The position numbers were made by a program, and so were the translations under genes. Shown here in pieces: positions 13,154-23,677 of a stretch of 54,439 nt of DNA (the first letter of the stretch is position 1; each line of letters opens with the position of its first letter). Below the pieces are notes generated by a model that was not told the DNA's origin, did no database searches, and saw nothing but the letters and a program-made list of their open reading frames with translations. The DNA is from a virus (taxonomy: Duplodnaviria > Caudoviricetes). The stretch is taken from positions 1 through 54,439 of IMG/VR virus record IMGVR_UViG_3300034073_002739, one strand, 5' to 3'.

Positions 13154-13459
13154 ATGCGAATTTATTTTGGAAAAGCTGAATACGACACTAACAATGACTA
13201 CCCACTAGAGTTTGAAGGTGCTTTTAAACACCGAAACGAATACTTTTGGTTTTACCTAGAGTACGGCACAAATCCTGGTGGTTTGGATGAAGTTTCTATT
13301 ACTGATGGCTGTAATCGTATTATGCCTATTAGTATTGAACACGTTGGCGAGCTAATTGATGCACTTGAGCGAGTTAGAGAGCTAGACGGCAATATGAAAG
13401 CAGGCGCAGATAGTCAAAAACTAGCACTTAGTGATGCTTCTGAATCCCTAAGCTGGTAA
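13154..13459 (+). CDS. Hypothetical protein
   Basis: AAGGA RBS, 101 aa. Confidence 0.75.
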   Translation: MRIYFGKAEYDTNNDYPLEFEGAFKHRNEYFWFYLEYGTNPGGLDEVSITDGCNRIMPISIEHVGELIDALERVRELDGNMKAGADSQKLALSDASESLSW

Positions 13460-13464
13460 TATGA

Positions 13465-13725
13465 ATGATTGAATTATTATATGGATATTTAGCCTTTGCC
13501 CTAGCAACTGGTATTGTTAGTTGGTTATATTTGTTTCGCCCATGTTTAAAAGAGGCCCAACTGCTAGGAATTAAAAATGAGATTACAGACTCTCCTGGTT
13601 TGACTAGTATTGTGTGGATTTTAATTAATACCTTAATTGCTCCTGTAGTATTTTTAATTGTAATTGTGCCTACATTTTTTAATTCTGCTCTAGCTGGGGT
13701 TAGAAAGTCAATGTTTGAAGAATAA
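13465..13725 (+). CDS. Two-TM membrane protein
   Basis: Two hydrophobic segments. Confidence 0.7.
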   Translation: MIELLYGYLAFALATGIVSWLYLFRPCLKEAQLLGIKNEITDSPGLTSIVWILINTLIAPVVFLIVIVPTFFNSALAGVRKSMFEE

Positions 13726-13736
13726 AAATTTCTATA

Positions 13737-13765
13737 TTGACTTTAAAGCCTATAGTTGCTATAAT
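13737..13765 (+). promoter_or_regulatory. Sigma70-type promoter
   Basis: TTGACT-17-TATAAT with TG extension. Confidence 0.8.
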
Positions 13766-13792
13766 ATTATTTTATGGCAAAGGAAACCACAC

Positions 13793-14065
13793 ATGAAACT
13801 TGTAGAATTTAACTATACTAAAGTTAATGGTGTAAAAAGTAATCGTGCTGTTGTAGTTGTACAAGAGCCTGTTAACAATATTGCAGGCATTGATGTTACT
13901 GAACTCGATGAGCCGACTTTTGCTATGTTTTTGCAAGAGTACAGAGAAGTCAAGAATCGTCAGCACGCAGAACTCTTGGAGCTTATGCAACGTCACGATC
14001 TTAAACACAACTATCGACAGTTTAAACCAGAAAAAATGACTGATATAGAAACCACTTGGGTATGA
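13793..14065 (+). CDS. Hypothetical protein
   Basis: AAGGA RBS; FNYTK.NG..S.R...HNYRQFKPE. Confidence 0.78.
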   Translation: MKLVEFNYTKVNGVKSNRAVVVVQEPVNNIAGIDVTELDEPTFAMFLQEYREVKNRQHAELLELMQRHDLKHNYRQFKPEKMTDIETTWV

Positions 14066-14319
14066 CAGAAAAAGCATTTAGACTTATAGATAGTATAACT
14101 CTACAAGAAGCTGTTAAAACTGCTTCACAAGTTTTACATACAATAAATCAAGTTTGTGAAGAAAATAAAACAATTCCAGAGCTACTACCTGATAGTCTTG
14201 TACCAACACAGCATCTTTATCTACTAGCTGCTAGTATGGTTGCTAGCTACGATAAACTAATTGAATACGAACTCGTAAAAACCGGCAATTTAAAAACTGA
14301 CAGAAATAACATACACTAA
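14062..14319 (+). CDS. Hypothetical protein
   Basis: ATGA overlap. Confidence 0.7.
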   Translation: MTEKAFRLIDSITLQEAVKTASQVLHTINQVCEENKTIPELLPDSLVPTQHLYLLAASMVASYDKLIEYELVKTGNLKTDRNNIH

Positions 14320-14333
14320 CTAAAGGAAACAAA

Positions 14334-14696
14334 ATGACTACTAAATGGACCGACGAACTCAAAGCTAAAGTTGTTAAAATGTATCTTGATGCTGATCCCA
14401 GCCCTGAAACTAGCACAGAAATTATTAAAGATATTGCAGAAGAAATTGAAGCCTCACCTAACGGTGTTCGTATGCAATTGGTACAAGCTAAAGTTTATGT
14501 AAAGAAAGAGCCTTCAACTGGGTCTAAAACCTCAGGCAAAACCACTGAGGGCGGAGCTAAACGAGTAAGCAAAGAGTCAGCAATTCAAGAGCTGCGTGAA
14601 GCAATTGAAAGCCGCGGCGCTCCTATTGATGATGATATTCTTGGAAAACTCACTGGTAAAGCCGCTGTTTACTTGCTGAGTGTTATCAAGGCTTAA
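14334..14696 (+). CDS. T5 D3-like putative DNA-binding protein
   Basis: WTDELKAKVVKMY...SPNGVRM.L...VYVKK...KLTGKAAVY; position in T5-like replication module. Confidence 0.65.
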   Translation: MTTKWTDELKAKVVKMYLDADPSPETSTEIIKDIAEEIEASPNGVRMQLVQAKVYVKKEPSTGSKTSGKTTEGGAKRVSKESAIQELREAIESRGAPIDDDILGKLTGKAAVYLLSVIKA

Positions 14697-14703
14697 ACAA
14701 TGG

Positions 14704-14725
14704 GGCAGCATATAGCTGCCTTTTT
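14704..14725 (+). terminator. Intrinsic terminator
   Basis: GGCAGC/GCTGCC + TTTTT. Confidence 0.7.
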
Positions 14726-14755
14726 CTATAAAAGTTGATAAATACCGGAGTAATA

Positions 14756-15382
14756 ATGCCTAGAATGCGAAAAACAGAGCTTGAACAAGAGCGAATGACT
14801 GATACCAATATTGAGCGAGTACTTGGTCTACTCAATCCTACTCAAGAAGGTAAAAAGCCTATCACTAAAAAAGAAGCTTGTCAAATTCTGGGTATGTCCT
14901 ACAACACTCCTAGACTCGACAGCGTATTAGAAAAGTTTCAAGAACGCAAACAACGTGATCGCGAACGCAGAGCGGCTCTCCGTGGCAAGCCAGCTACGCA
15001 AGATGAGATTGCATATGTAATCAAACAGTACATTGAGGGCGCAACTGTAGAGTCTATTTCTAAAACTACCTATCGGGGCACAGAGTTTATTAAACGTATT
15101 TTAGAGGACAATCATATTCCTCGCAGAAATACTTCTCATGACTACTTCCATCCTCAGCTTATTCCAGACGGGGCAGTTAGAGATAGGTTTGAGATTGGCG
15201 AAACTGTTTATAGTGCCCGCTATGATTCTACTGCAAAAATTTTGCTAGAACAACCACATCCCACTTATGGCTGGGTGTACAGGGTATGGCTTACTAATGA
15301 GCGGTGGTTACAATATGCCTATCAGCCTGCCTGTGAACTAGCCTCACTCAAGCACTTAGAGCCTCTAGGAGTAAAGTTTTAA
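14756..15382 (+). CDS. Putative HTH DNA-binding protein
   Basis: ITKKEACQILGMSYNT HTH-like segment; GGAG RBS. Confidence 0.7.
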   Translation: MPRMRKTELEQERMTDTNIERVLGLLNPTQEGKKPITKKEACQILGMSYNTPRLDSVLEKFQERKQRDRERRAALRGKPATQDEIAYVIKQYIEGATVESISKTTYRGTEFIKRILEDNHIPRRNTSHDYFHPQLIPDGAVRDRFEIGETVYSARYDSTAKILLEQPHPTYGWVYRVWLTNERWLQYAYQPACELASLKHLEPLGVKF

Positions 15383-15663
15383 TGGATGATAATATTCATT
15401 TTTCCAGAGTTATCGAAGAAAACCTAGATAGAGGATTTCAAGTCAGGCTAGTAGTAAATGAATTCAGAGAGGTTTTGTACTTACAGCTTAGAAAGTATTT
15501 TTTAAGCTATGAAGGCGATTGGATCCCAAGTAGAGAAGGTGTAAGTATACCAGCTAGTTTAGAAAACATTTATCATCTCCTAGACGGCTTGCTAGAAATA
15601 TGTGCCGAGGCCGAAGGCATAGAGGTTATAGAAAAGTATCACCAGTTAGTTTCAAAAAAATAA
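15382..15663 (+). CDS. PC4/p15-like ssDNA-binding protein
   Basis: VRLVVNEFREVLYLQLRKYF...WIPSREGVSIP. Confidence 0.75.
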   Translation: MDDNIHFSRVIEENLDRGFQVRLVVNEFREVLYLQLRKYFLSYEGDWIPSREGVSIPASLENIYHLLDGLLEICAEAEGIEVIEKYHQLVSKK

Positions 15664-15665
15664 AC

Positions 15666-15694
15666 TTGCCAACCCGACCCTAAACTGCTATAAT
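15666..15694 (+). promoter_or_regulatory. Sigma70-type promoter of ligase subunit A
   Basis: TTGCCA-17-TATAAT; ATG 8 nt after -10. Confidence 0.75.
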
Positions 15695-15701
15695 ATTAGT
15701 T

Positions 15702-16655
15702 ATGAATAAATTAAAAACTTTTCTTGATGTGGCAAGCAAATACTACTATGACGGCAATCCCGTTATTAGTGATGAGCAGTTTGATCGACTTGCAGAACTT
15801 ATTGGCTATAACCAAGTAGGAGCAGTTAGTGATGGTAACAAAGCTAAACACTATCAGCAAATGTTTAGTTTGCAAAAGTTCTATGTAAATGAAGGCATGA
15901 CTAATCCCCTAGAGGGAATTACTGAAATTAGCATGAGTGTCAAACTAGACGGCGCAGCAATCTCTATTTTGTATGTTGACGGCGAATTAGTACAAGCACT
16001 TACTCGAGGTGATGGGATTGAGGGTCAACTGATTACTGACAAAATTCTGGCTACTAGTCTAGTGCCGCACAGAATTAACTACCAAGGCACTATTCAGATT
16101 ACTGGCGAGATTGTGGCCCCAATGCATATCCCAAATGCTCGTAATTATGCAGCGGGTGCTCTTAATCTCAAAGACATTGACGACTTCAAGACTAGAGCAA
16201 TTAGTTTCTTTGCATATGGTGTGTATCCTTACCTTACGGAAACATACGACGGCGATATGCAAAAGCTCAAGCGCATGGGCTTTGGCACAGTCAAAGAGGC
16301 CGAACTAGAAAAAATTTATCCTAATGACGGTGTTGTGTTTCGTGCCAATGTCAACAAACTGTTTGACCAGATGGGGTATACTAGCAAACATCCTCGCGGA
16401 GCTTATGCTAGAAAAGAACGGGCTGATCATGTGGAGACTAAACTCATTGATGTAGAGTGGCAGGTAGGCAAGACCGGTAAAGTAACACCAGTAGCAATCC
16501 TAGAGCCGGTTATGATTGGCGATGCACAAGTTAGCAGAGCCACTCTTAACAATCCAGGCTTTATTGAAGCCTTGGGACTTGAAATTGGAGATACTGTAGC
16601 TATTATCCGTGCAGGTGAAATCATTCCTTGTGTGCTGCACAAAGTTGATGCTTAA
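15702..16655 (+). CDS. ligA: NAD-dependent DNA ligase subunit A (adenylation + OB)
   Basis: YY.G.P.ISD..FD, KLDG, LTRGDG, NARNYAAGAL, WQVG.TG.VTPVA, RATL.N, RAGEIIP. Confidence 0.95.
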   Translation: MNKLKTFLDVASKYYYDGNPVISDEQFDRLAELIGYNQVGAVSDGNKAKHYQQMFSLQKFYVNEGMTNPLEGITEISMSVKLDGAAISILYVDGELVQALTRGDGIEGQLITDKILATSLVPHRINYQGTIQITGEIVAPMHIPNARNYAAGALNLKDIDDFKTRAISFFAYGVYPYLTETYDGDMQKLKRMGFGTVKEAELEKIYPNDGVVFRANVNKLFDQMGYTSKHPRGAYARKERADHVETKLIDVEWQVGKTGKVTPVAILEPVMIGDAQVSRATLNNPGFIEALGLEIGDTVAIIRAGEIIPCVLHKVDA

Positions 16656-16687
16656 TTTTTGCCGGGTTAGGCATCTAAAATTTTGAC

Positions 16688-16716
16688 TTGCCAAGAGCTT
16701 GGATTTCCGGTATAAT
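16688..16716 (+). promoter_or_regulatory. Sigma70-type promoter of ligase subunit B
   Basis: TTGCCA-17-TATAAT. Confidence 0.75.
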
Positions 16717-16742
16717 ACATATATTGTTTTTGAAAAAGCCCT

Positions 16743-17507
16743 ATGAAAATCAAAATTCCCACTAACTGCCCATGTTGTGACTATAGACTTGAGTTGGTTA
16801 ACGATCAACTTTTTTGTAGAAATCAGGCGTGTAGTGCTCAGCTCGGCAAAAAGTTAGAGCACTTTTGTAAAACTTTAGGAATTAAAGGATTAGGTGCAAA
16901 GACAATTGAGAAACTAGAGCTGGCAGATATTACAGAACTCTACTATCTTGAAGAATCAGAAATTGCAGAAGCCTTGGGCAGTGAGCGTATAGCTGAAAAA
17001 CTAATTCAAGAGATTGAACGCAGCAAACAGGCCTCACTTGCTCAAGTCTTGGCAAGTTTTAGTATTCCACTAATTGGTAACACAGCATCACAAAAGATAT
17101 GTAGGGTAGTTAACAACATAGACGAAATCACTAAGGATACGTGTAAACAAGCAGGTCTTGGTGATAAGGCAACACAAAATCTACTCTCTTGGCTAGAGAC
17201 TGATTTTCAAGAAATGAAACCATTTTTGCCGTTTTCATTTCAATCCAATAAAGCCACAGAAGCAGGCAACTCAACACAAAAAACTGTTTGCATAACTGGA
17301 AAACTAACTAGTTTTAAAACTAAACAACAAGCGTACGATCATCTAGAAGCAGCAGGATATAAAATACTAGAATCCGTTACAAAATCTCTTGACTACTTGA
17401 TTGATGAGTCCGATCGCTCTAGTTCTAAGCGCAAAAAAGCAGAAGAACTTAACATAAAAATCATAGATAATCTTTTACAATTCTTGAAAGAAACCACAAA
17501 TGACTGA
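16743..17507 (+). CDS. ligB: NAD-dependent DNA ligase subunit B (Zn finger, HhH, BRCT)
   Basis: PTNCPCC...FCRN..C, IKGLG, IPLIG, VCITGKL...SVTK BRCT. Confidence 0.92.
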   Translation: MKIKIPTNCPCCDYRLELVNDQLFCRNQACSAQLGKKLEHFCKTLGIKGLGAKTIEKLELADITELYYLEESEIAEALGSERIAEKLIQEIERSKQASLAQVLASFSIPLIGNTASQKICRVVNNIDEITKDTCKQAGLGDKATQNLLSWLETDFQEMKPFLPFSFQSNKATEAGNSTQKTVCITGKLTSFKTKQQAYDHLEAAGYKILESVTKSLDYLIDESDRSSSKRKKAEELNIKIIDNLLQFLKETTND

Positions 17508-18246
17508 AAAAACTAAAAAATGGAATGACGACGCAGTAGCCAGCCTTCTTAATATTGTTGGTGACGAAAGCCCTGTTAGCGTAAGTGCAGTTGAAGAGGC
17601 CGCAGAAACTCTTGGATTTACTACTCGGAGCGTTGCCGCAAAACTTCGACAGCTTGATCGCGACGTTGCATCAATGGCCAAAGAAAAAACCACTGCTTTT
17701 AGCGAAGACGAAACCGATCAGTTGGCTGATTTTGTTGAAAACAATGTTGGTCGTTATACCTATAAAGAAATTGCAGAAAACTTTGCTGGTGGCAAGTTTA
17801 CTGCAAAACAAATTCAGGGTAAGTTGCTTGCCCTTGAATTGACAGCAGCTGTTAAGCCTGCTGAAAAAGTTGAAGTTGCTCGTACTTACACTGAATCTGA
17901 AGAAAACAAGTTTGTTCAGATGGCAAATAGCGGAGCATACATCGAGGATATTGCTAGTGCCTTGAATAAGACTGTTGCCTCAGTCCGTGGTAAAGCTCTT
18001 AGCTTGACCCGTAAAGGCCAAATTGAGCGTATTCCTGCTCAGCGCGAATCTCATGCTCGCGATCAAGTTGATCCTATCGTTGCTCTTGGCGATAGTATTA
18101 CTAGCATGACCGTTGCTGAAATTGCTAAAGCTGTTGACAAAACCGAGCGCGGTCTGCGTACACTTCTTACCCGTCGTGGAATCAACGTTGCTGATTACAA
18201 AGGTGCAGACAAAAAAGCTAAAGCTGAGGCAAAAGCTGCGGCTTAA
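17500..18246 (+). CDS. D5: T5 D5-like DNA-binding protein/transcription factor
   Basis: Repeated HTH-like segments; follows split ligase as in T5. Confidence 0.8.
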   Translation: MTEKTKKWNDDAVASLLNIVGDESPVSVSAVEEAAETLGFTTRSVAAKLRQLDRDVASMAKEKTTAFSEDETDQLADFVENNVGRYTYKEIAENFAGGKFTAKQIQGKLLALELTAAVKPAEKVEVARTYTESEENKFVQMANSGAYIEDIASALNKTVASVRGKALSLTRKGQIERIPAQRESHARDQVDPIVALGDSITSMTVAEIAKAVDKTERGLRTLLTRRGINVADYKGADKKAKAEAKAAA

Positions 18247-18274
18247 TCTAAGATACTATTAAAAGTATCTTATA

Positions 18275-18305
18275 GGCCGGGAGTTCAAAAAGCTCCCGGC
18301 TTTTT
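18275..18305 (+). terminator. Intrinsic terminator
   Basis: GCCGGGAGTT/AGCTCCCGGC + TTTTT. Confidence 0.8.
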
Positions 18306-18321
18306 ACTTTGGAAACTGTAA

Positions 18322-18621
18322 ATGAAAGTTACAATTACATATCACGACACAGACTCGTTTACTGTCGAAGAAGTAGTAAAGCAAGCAGTCCACAATTACG
18401 GCCGCCAAGCACAAGTAGAAGTAATGCCAGAATCTACAATGGCTTATGATCACATATACTTTGGACTTCAGCAGCTGATAACCCACGAACAATTAAGTAT
18501 TTTGTTTGATAAGGGAACAAGCTATCAATCAGATATTAAAAAACTGAGAGATAGGGTAGTATATAAAATTACAGAAATTATAGATCAAGTTATAGTAGAC
18601 AACGAATCTAAGGTAGGATAA
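18322..18621 (+). CDS. Hypothetical protein
   Basis: 99 aa ORF between D5 and helicase. Confidence 0.72.
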   Translation: MKVTITYHDTDSFTVEEVVKQAVHNYGRQAQVEVMPESTMAYDHIYFGLQQLITHEQLSILFDKGTSYQSDIKKLRDRVVYKITEIIDQVIVDNESKVG

Positions 18622-18623
18622 AT

Positions 18624-20000
18624 GTGGATGTATCAGCCGTAGTCTTAAACAAACTGCTCTCAGAGCAAAGCCTAGATATATGGGCTAAGCTTAAGCTGGT
18701 GTTTTTAGATCCGGCATACTCCTCTTTGTATAGTGTCATCAATAAACACTACGAACGATATAATCGTTTGCCAAAATTTGATGATCTAGAACTTACCATT
18801 AGAGAAGGCCCGGCAGCTAAGACTCTAGCGACCCTAAAGCTTACCGAAGTACCAGATGTTTCAGCTGAAGTAGCTCTAGATGCACTTATAGATCAATATA
18901 CTCAAAATGAAACTGTTAAACTACTAGACAAATTTGTAGATAAACTGCCGCTTTACGATTCTAACGAAATAAAAGAGAATTTATCTAATATAGCCTTAAC
19001 TATTGAGGAAAAGACACACACTAGTGAAAAAGTATACACAATGAGTGATATACTTTTATTTCGTAATCCAGAAATGTTGGAAAAAGAACGTGTATATCTT
19101 GGACTTAATAATACTTTTGATGCTGTGCTTGGGGGTGTGGCTAGACAAGAACTCGTACTCATTGGTGGTAAAAGAGGTAGTGGTAAAAGTATTACTAGTA
19201 GTAATATTTTTATCAATCAGTACGAGGCCGGAAATAGTTGCCTCTATTTCTCAATAGAGATGACCGCAATGGAAGTCATGGAGCGGAATCTAGCTATTCT
19301 AGCAGGCGTAAACCATCAAAACTTAAAACAAAATAAACTAACTGACGAAGAAGTATTAAAAGTCGTAAAAGCTAGAGCTGGTATGTTTCAAGAAGCTGAT
19401 GAAACAGTCTTAGAGTTTTTACGACACAGAGACAGATTTAAATTTGAAGAAACTCTAGTTAGAAACTACAGACTCAAACCAGACAATCAAATGATTATCG
19501 TAGATGATCGTGAGCTTACTGTTGGAGCAATTGATCTTCATGTTGGTAAAATGAAAGCCAAATTTGGAGATAAACTTGCAGTTGTAGTAGTAGATTATGT
19601 CAATCAGATTGTTATGGAAGGAACTGATCAGTATGATTGGAAGCCTCAAATTGAGATTTCTAAAAAGCTAAAAAACTTGGCTAGAAAATATGAAATTGTA
19701 TTAGTCAGCCCATATCAAATTGATGCCAGTGGTGAGGCTAGATTTGCTAAAGGTATTCTTGATGCCGCAGATATTGCTCTAGTAATGGAAGCCCACGATA
19801 AAGAAAAACAAGCAATTAGTTTTGAAACTACTAAAATTCGTGGCGGCAAAGAAATGCGATTTACTTGTCCTATTGATTGGGATACTCTTAAAATTAGCCC
19901 ACAAAGTATAGATACACCAGAAACGCCAGAAAAAGTTAAAAAAGCCGGAAAACCAAAGAAACAGCAAGAACCAGTTGACGACTTGCCTTGGGATACATAA
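18624..20000 (+). CDS. Replicative DnaB-like helicase
   Basis: Walker A GGKRGSGKS, YFSIEM, VVVDY; GTG start with AGGA RBS. Confidence 0.93.
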   Translation: MDVSAVVLNKLLSEQSLDIWAKLKLVFLDPAYSSLYSVINKHYERYNRLPKFDDLELTIREGPAAKTLATLKLTEVPDVSAEVALDALIDQYTQNETVKLLDKFVDKLPLYDSNEIKENLSNIALTIEEKTHTSEKVYTMSDILLFRNPEMLEKERVYLGLNNTFDAVLGGVARQELVLIGGKRGSGKSITSSNIFINQYEAGNSCLYFSIEMTAMEVMERNLAILAGVNHQNLKQNKLTDEEVLKVVKARAGMFQEADETVLEFLRHRDRFKFEETLVRNYRLKPDNQMIIVDDRELTVGAIDLHVGKMKAKFGDKLAVVVVDYVNQIVMEGTDQYDWKPQIEISKKLKNLARKYEIVLVSPYQIDASGEARFAKGILDAADIALVMEAHDKEKQAISFETTKIRGGKEMRFTCPIDWDTLKISPQSIDTPETPEKVKKAGKPKKQQEPVDDLPWDT

Positions 20001-20875
20001 TGAGCGATCCAGTACTTGAACTATTACAAAAACACAACTTGGTTTATAAGCTAAGCGGCCGAGATTATGTTGTTAAGTGCCTAAATCCAGAACATGACGA
20101 CTCAAATCCGAGTTTTCGTATAGACAGAGTAACTGGAGTCGCCCATTGTTTTAGCTGTGGGTTTAAAACAAATGTATTTAAACACTTTGGTATTTTTACA
20201 AACCCAGTACCAATAAAAATAGCTAAACTAAAACAAAAACTGCGAGAACTATCAGCTAATATAAATGGTGTTGACTTGCCTCCTGGAATTGTGCCTTATA
20301 CAAAACCTTTTAGAGGTATTAGTCCTAAAACTTTAAAACACTTTGAAGCTTTTTATACTCATCAAGTTGAAGCACTTCAGGATAGAATTGCATTTCCTAT
20401 TAAAGATGTTACAGGGAAAATACAAGTTTTTGTGGCCAGACATACTTTAAGTAGTGGCAACCCTAGATACATTAATTATCCTGCAGGAGTACAGCTTCCT
20501 CTATTCCCAGCAAAAGTACCAGAAACAACAAGTATAATTTTAGTCGAAGGCATATTTGATTTATTAAATCTTTATGATAAAGGACTTCATCCTGTAGTTT
20601 GTACTTTTGGAACTAATACGCTTCAAAATGATACAAAACTAAAAATGCTGCCATATAAAGCTCAGGGAATTACCAAAGTATATATTATGTTTGACGGCGA
20701 CGATGCAGGACAAAAAGCAGCAAAAGTCTTAGAGCCATTAATTCAGGATTCTGGGTTTTTAACAGAAATTATTGATTTACCTGACGGTACTGACCCTGGC
20801 GAGCTAAATCAAGAAATGGTAACTAGCATACAAAACTATATCGGATACAAAGATGAAACACGTAGCCTTAATTGA
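20000..20875 (+). CDS. DNA primase (CHC2 Zn finger + TOPRIM)
   Basis: CLNPEH.D..PSF...HCFSCG, LVEGIFD, FDGDDAG, DP. Confidence 0.93.
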   Translation: MSDPVLELLQKHNLVYKLSGRDYVVKCLNPEHDDSNPSFRIDRVTGVAHCFSCGFKTNVFKHFGIFTNPVPIKIAKLKQKLRELSANINGVDLPPGIVPYTKPFRGISPKTLKHFEAFYTHQVEALQDRIAFPIKDVTGKIQVFVARHTLSSGNPRYINYPAGVQLPLFPAKVPETTSIILVEGIFDLLNLYDKGLHPVVCTFGTNTLQNDTKLKMLPYKAQGITKVYIMFDGDDAGQKAAKVLEPLIQDSGFLTEIIDLPDGTDPGELNQEMVTSIQNYIGYKDETRSLN

Positions 20876-22567
20876 TAAAGCACCTAATAGAACAAGATAC
20901 TCAGACTATTTTCCGTTTGAGTTTGAGCATTTTCATATGAGTAGTAAACCTATTACAAAATTACTCAAAAAAGACGTAGATTTAGATATTGATTTAGATA
21001 TTTACGACTTGGTAATTCTAGTAGGTGCAGAGGCTGCTAAAGAATATGCTAAAGTTACTTCAGTAACTAACATGGCTGGTCAGCTTATAAACGATAAGTT
21101 TGTTTGCATTACTAATCCAGCAATGTTAGCCTTTAAACCCGAAGGAAAACCAGATTTTGAACGTGCCCTAGACAAGATTCTTAAAATCTATAATGGACAG
21201 ACTAAGCCTGTTACTCAAGGCGACTATAAGGGCATTGACGATACACAAGAAGCCAAAGAGTTTTTACAAGAAGTTTTAGCTAATGCTCAAGGCGTAGTAT
21301 GCTTAGATACAGAGACTACTTCATTGTATCCTAGAGATGGTTATGTATTGGGTGTTAGTATTAGTTATAAGTCGAAACACGGCAGATACATTCTTACAGA
21401 CTGCCTAGACGAAGAATGTATTAATTTACTACAAGAAATCGCTAATACTTTTGATATAGTATTTCATAATCTTAAATTTGACTTCAAGATGATTCGTTAT
21501 CATCTTGCTGTTGATTTTAGACCTGAGCACGTACATGATACAATGGTCATGCACTATGTTTTAGATGAAACAGATAGTCATGGCTTAAAAGAATTGGCCC
21601 TAAAATATACTGATTTTGGGGACTATGATTCTGCTTTGGATACTTTCAAAAAAGAGTATTGTGCTCAAAAAGGTATTCTACAAGAAAATTTTACTTATGA
21701 CTTAATTCCATTTGATATTATTTCTGAATATGCCAGTATTGATACGGCTGTGACTTATGAGCTTTATCAAAAATTTTGGCATATTATTCAGAAAAACGAT
21801 AAGTTCTTGTGGGTATATAAAAATCTACTTATTCAAGGCACCGTATTCTTGATGAACATGGAAGAAGTAGGTATTCCTATTGATCGCAATCGCATGGAAC
21901 GAGCCAATCTTTATTTGGATACTGAAATTCAGAATGCCAAAGAAAAGATATTTTTCTTTGATGAGATTAAACAGTTTGAGCAAGCTAGCGGAAAGATTTT
22001 TAATCCAAACTCAGTATTTCATCTGCGAGAAGTACTGTTTGATTATCTAGGATTAACTCCTACTGGTAAGAAAACTGCTACAGGTGCAGTATCAACAGAT
22101 GCTGAAGTACTAGAGAAACTCAGCGAAGAACACCCACTACCAGGTGCAATTTTAAAAGTCAGACAGCTAACTAAGATTCAAAACACCTATATTCAAAAAA
22201 TCTTGCCGGAGTTAGACAGAGATGGCAGAATCCGTACTAATTTTAATCTTATTTTTACAACATCTGGGCGTCTTAGTTCTAGTGGTAAATTCAATGCTCA
22301 ACAAATACCTAGGGATGATCCAATCATTAAAGGATGTATTCGAGCTCCCACTGGATATAAGATAGTATCTCAAGACTTAACTACTGCTGAGATGTATTAT
22401 GCTGCCGTACTTAGTAATGATACTAATCTTCAAAAGGTGTTTTCTAGTGGCGGAGACTTTCACTCAACTATTGCAAAAATGGTATTTAATTTGCCTTGTC
22501 CGGTTGAGGAAGTTAAAAAGCTATATCCTGAAATGCGACAAAGTGCTAAAGCAATTTCATTTGGGAT
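20853..22567 (+). CDS. polA: Family A DNA polymerase, exon 1 (spliced product 760 aa)
   Basis: 3'-5' exo DTET, FHNLKFD; TSGRLSS, motif A DLTTAE, motif B RQSAKAISFG interrupted by intron. Confidence 0.93.
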
Positions 22568-22746
22568 TAACTTATAAGGTCCCACTAGCTAGTGATAGCT
22601 AGAATAATAATTCGCTCAATTGCTGGAACCCTTCCCACGTAATGGTGCAGGCAATCAGCAGCCAGAGTTAGCAGGAATGCTTTCAAATGGTTCAGAGACT
22701 CACAGCAAAACCAGAACGGTTTTGGACTGGGATACCAAAAATACTC

Positions 22747-22775
22747 TTGTAAAATTTTTATTTATAGTGTATAAT
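22747..22775 (+). promoter_or_regulatory. Intron-internal sigma70-like promoter for the endonuclease
   Basis: TTGTAA-17-TATAAT upstream of 22850 ORF. Confidence 0.5.
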
Positions 22776-22849
22776 AAAGCCTATACCATAAATTTTACGG
22801 GAGAGGTATAACACGGCGAATATCTCTCCACTCACTGAGGGGTGGATAA

Positions 22850-23638
22850 GTGGAATTAAATTTTGAAAACTACAGTGCATTAAAACAACAAAAATTATCT
22901 AGAGCAGATATAGCTGATATATTTAATATTCCTGAATGGAAATTAAAACGACATATTTCAGCTAATAACTGGGCGTCAAAAGCTCCAATATTATTAAATA
23001 TTAAAGCTTTTGATGAGTATACAGAAGAATCTTGTTATTGGGCAGGATTTTTAGCAGCCGATGGAAATGTAGATAGTAAGGGTCGTATTAGATTAATGTT
23101 AAAATACGATGATTTACTTCATTTAGAAAAATTCAAAAGTTATTTAAAATCAACACATACAATTTCTAGTAATACTACAAAATATAATAGATGTAGTTTT
23201 GAGTTTACTAATAAAGATATGTGCGAAGTTTTAGATATTAATTTTAATATAGTACCAAATAAAACTGAAACAATAGAATTTCCAAAGTGTATTCCTGAAA
23301 ATATGCTTAGACATTTTATTAGAGGATATTTTGACGGTGATGGTTCTATATGTGAAAGTTTTTCTAATATAAATTCTATAACTGCTACTTTATATACTAC
23401 TTTTTGTTCTGGTAGTTATACTTTTATAAAGTATTTATATGATATTTTAGCGCAGACTATTAATGTAGGCGGCCACTTACAGAATTTTAATACTGGTAAA
23501 AAATGGCAAATAAAATATAATACTTTAGATTCTATAAAACTACTTAATTTTATATATAAAGATTCAAAAGTATATCTAGATAGAAAATATAATTTATTCC
23601 ATAAAACTGTTGTAGAAAATAACAGATTAAAGAGATAA
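22850..23638 (+). CDS. Intron-encoded double-motif LAGLIDADG homing endonuclease
   Basis: YWAGFLAADG and FIRGYFDGDG motifs, N-terminal HTH-like segment, LDRKY. Confidence 0.9.
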   Translation: MELNFENYSALKQQKLSRADIADIFNIPEWKLKRHISANNWASKAPILLNIKAFDEYTEESCYWAGFLAADGNVDSKGRIRLMLKYDDLLHLEKFKSYLKSTHTISSNTTKYNRCSFEFTNKDMCEVLDINFNIVPNKTETIEFPKCIPENMLRHFIRGYFDGDGSICESFSNINSITATLYTTFCSGSYTFIKYLYDILAQTINVGGHLQNFNTGKKWQIKYNTLDSIKLLNFIYKDSKVYLDRKYNLFHKTVVENNRLKR

Positions 23639-23677
23639 AGGTATAGTCCATACCACTAGAAATAGTGGAGTAATATG

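Larger units (their letters stand above)
22568..23677 (+). mobile_element. Group I intron in DNA polymerase gene
   Basis: P1 GGGAT/GTCCC with U-G at splice site; core AATTGCTGGAA, AATCAGCAG, TCAGAGACT, TATAGTCC; terminal G 23677; splicing restores FGILYG in frame. Confidence 0.9.

Noticed and set aside
15702-17507. Broken ligase pseudogene
   Set aside because: Two-subunit ligase is normal for T5-like phages and each half has a promoter
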